The notes under the pieces were generated by a model, which did no database searches, was not told where the DNA came from, and saw only the letters and a list, made by a program, of their open reading frames with translations. From positions 86,260 to 110,259 of the forward strand of contig JBLYTW010000002.1 in the NCBI GenBank assembly GCA_049070185.1: DNA of 24,000 nucleotides, in the 5' to 3' direction. Numbering within the stretch: the stretch's first letter is position 1; every line of letters starts with the position of its first letter. This DNA comes from Mollicutes bacterium SLUWU-24 (GTDB lineage Bacteria > Bacillota_I > Bacilli_A > UBA3375). Shown piece after piece: positions 23,556-24,000 of the stretch. Position numbers and translations under genes: made by a program.

Positions 23556-24000
23556 TATCTAAGACCTTCCATTTCCTCAATTGTTAACTTGTGATTTTCT
23601 AAATCAACATCAATTATAAAATGTTGGTTAAATGGTACTAAAAACGTCTTATTTTCTTTATCTTTTACGCGTAACAAATTACTTCCCGGATTTTCAATAA
23701 CTTTAACTACTGTTCCTAATATTTCTTGTTCTTGATTAATTACTGTTAAATTTTCTAATTGGTAATTAAAATATTCTCCTTTTGCAAGAACATCATTTGA
23801 TAATCTTTCAGCAAAAATATCACAATTTTTAAACTTTAATACATCATTAATATTATCATACCCAGCAAATTTAACAATATCAAATGTTTTGTGTTCATAA
23901 GCTGATATTATTTCTAATTCAAGCATTTCATGTCTAGTTTTAACGTTTATTTTTGATCCAATTGCAAAACGTTCATTTTTAAAATCCGAATTTGAACGAA
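23555..24000 (-). CDS. rimM: 16S rRNA processing protein RimM (5' end lies beyond the right window edge)
   Basis: The reading frame stays open upstream of the track's ATG at 23926, reading ...RSNSDFKNERFAIGSKINVKTRHEMLELEII. The PRC-barrel-like C-terminus and the position before trmD fit RimM. The TAATG overlap links it to trmD. Confidence 0.8.
   Translation of the reverse strand, partial: RSNSDFKNERFAIGSKINVKTRHEMLELEIISAYEHKTFDIVKFAGYDNINDVLKFKNCDIFAERLSNDVLAKGEYFNYQLENLTVINQEQEILGTVVKVIENPGSNLLRVKDKENKTFLVPFNQHFIIDVDLENHKLTIEEMEGLR

Noticed and set aside
1-24000. Mycoplasma-type genetic code (TGA as Trp), given the Mollicutes-like composition.
   Set aside because: Every conserved gene reads full length with the standard code. 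Trp positions in conserved motifs such as ATWW and QWYPGH use TGG. TGA occurs at gene ends, including the GTGA start/stop overlaps. Reading TGA as Trp would add only a few codons at those ends, so this evidence is supportive but not absolute.
1-24000. tRNA or rRNA genes, CRISPR arrays, IS elements, integrases or prophage genes.
   Set aside because: Intergenic spaces are at most about 185 nt and are accounted for by promoters and terminators. I saw no repeat-spacer periodicity, no cloverleaf-capable GC-rich segment, and no transposase- or integrase-like ORF.

Overview
This is an AT-rich, tightly packed bacterial chromosome segment. Gene neighbourhoods match Bacillus-type Bacillota or standard-code Mollicutes-like organisms: yrzL-yrrK-yrzB, dnaG-sigA-trmK-nif3, smf-topA, rplS-rbgA-rnhB and rimM-trmD. 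Trp is encoded by TGG and TGA appears only as a stop. I call 35 protein genes, and all but one (21967..22284) lie on the minus strand. Many are joined by 1-, 4-, 8- or 14-nt start/stop overlaps. Most are housekeeping genes for replication, transcription, translation and RNA modification. I found no tRNA, rRNA, CRISPR array, transposase or integrase. Three short genes fall below the supplied ORF track's apparent size range and one partial gene runs off the left edge: rpmG (5511..5663), a YtxH-like gene (16642..16800), a 41-aa membrane peptide (1457..1582) and a GrpE-like N-terminus (1..203). Six items deserve a second look. (1) The primary sigma factor is 642 aa, with about 120 extra residues inside the region-4 helix-turn-helix module and two SAP/Rho-N-like repeats at its N-terminus. 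(2) At the left edge, an AbiEi-type antitoxin-like regulator with a consensus promoter and an inverted-repeat operator is directly abutted (stop/start, no gap) by a C-terminally truncated GrpE paralogue. A second GrpE-like gene follows, and there is no hrcA or CIRCE element. (3) An ABC-F ATPase has a degenerate Walker A in its second nucleotide-binding domain and a natural Glu-to-Gln change at the catalytic position. (4) A Fic-fold-like protein with a decayed catalytic motif sits upstream of a formate/nitrite-family channel. (5) A short DprA of 165 aa. (6) The rpsP-rimM-trmD-rplS cluster is rearranged. All functional calls come from motif recognition by eye, not from database searches.
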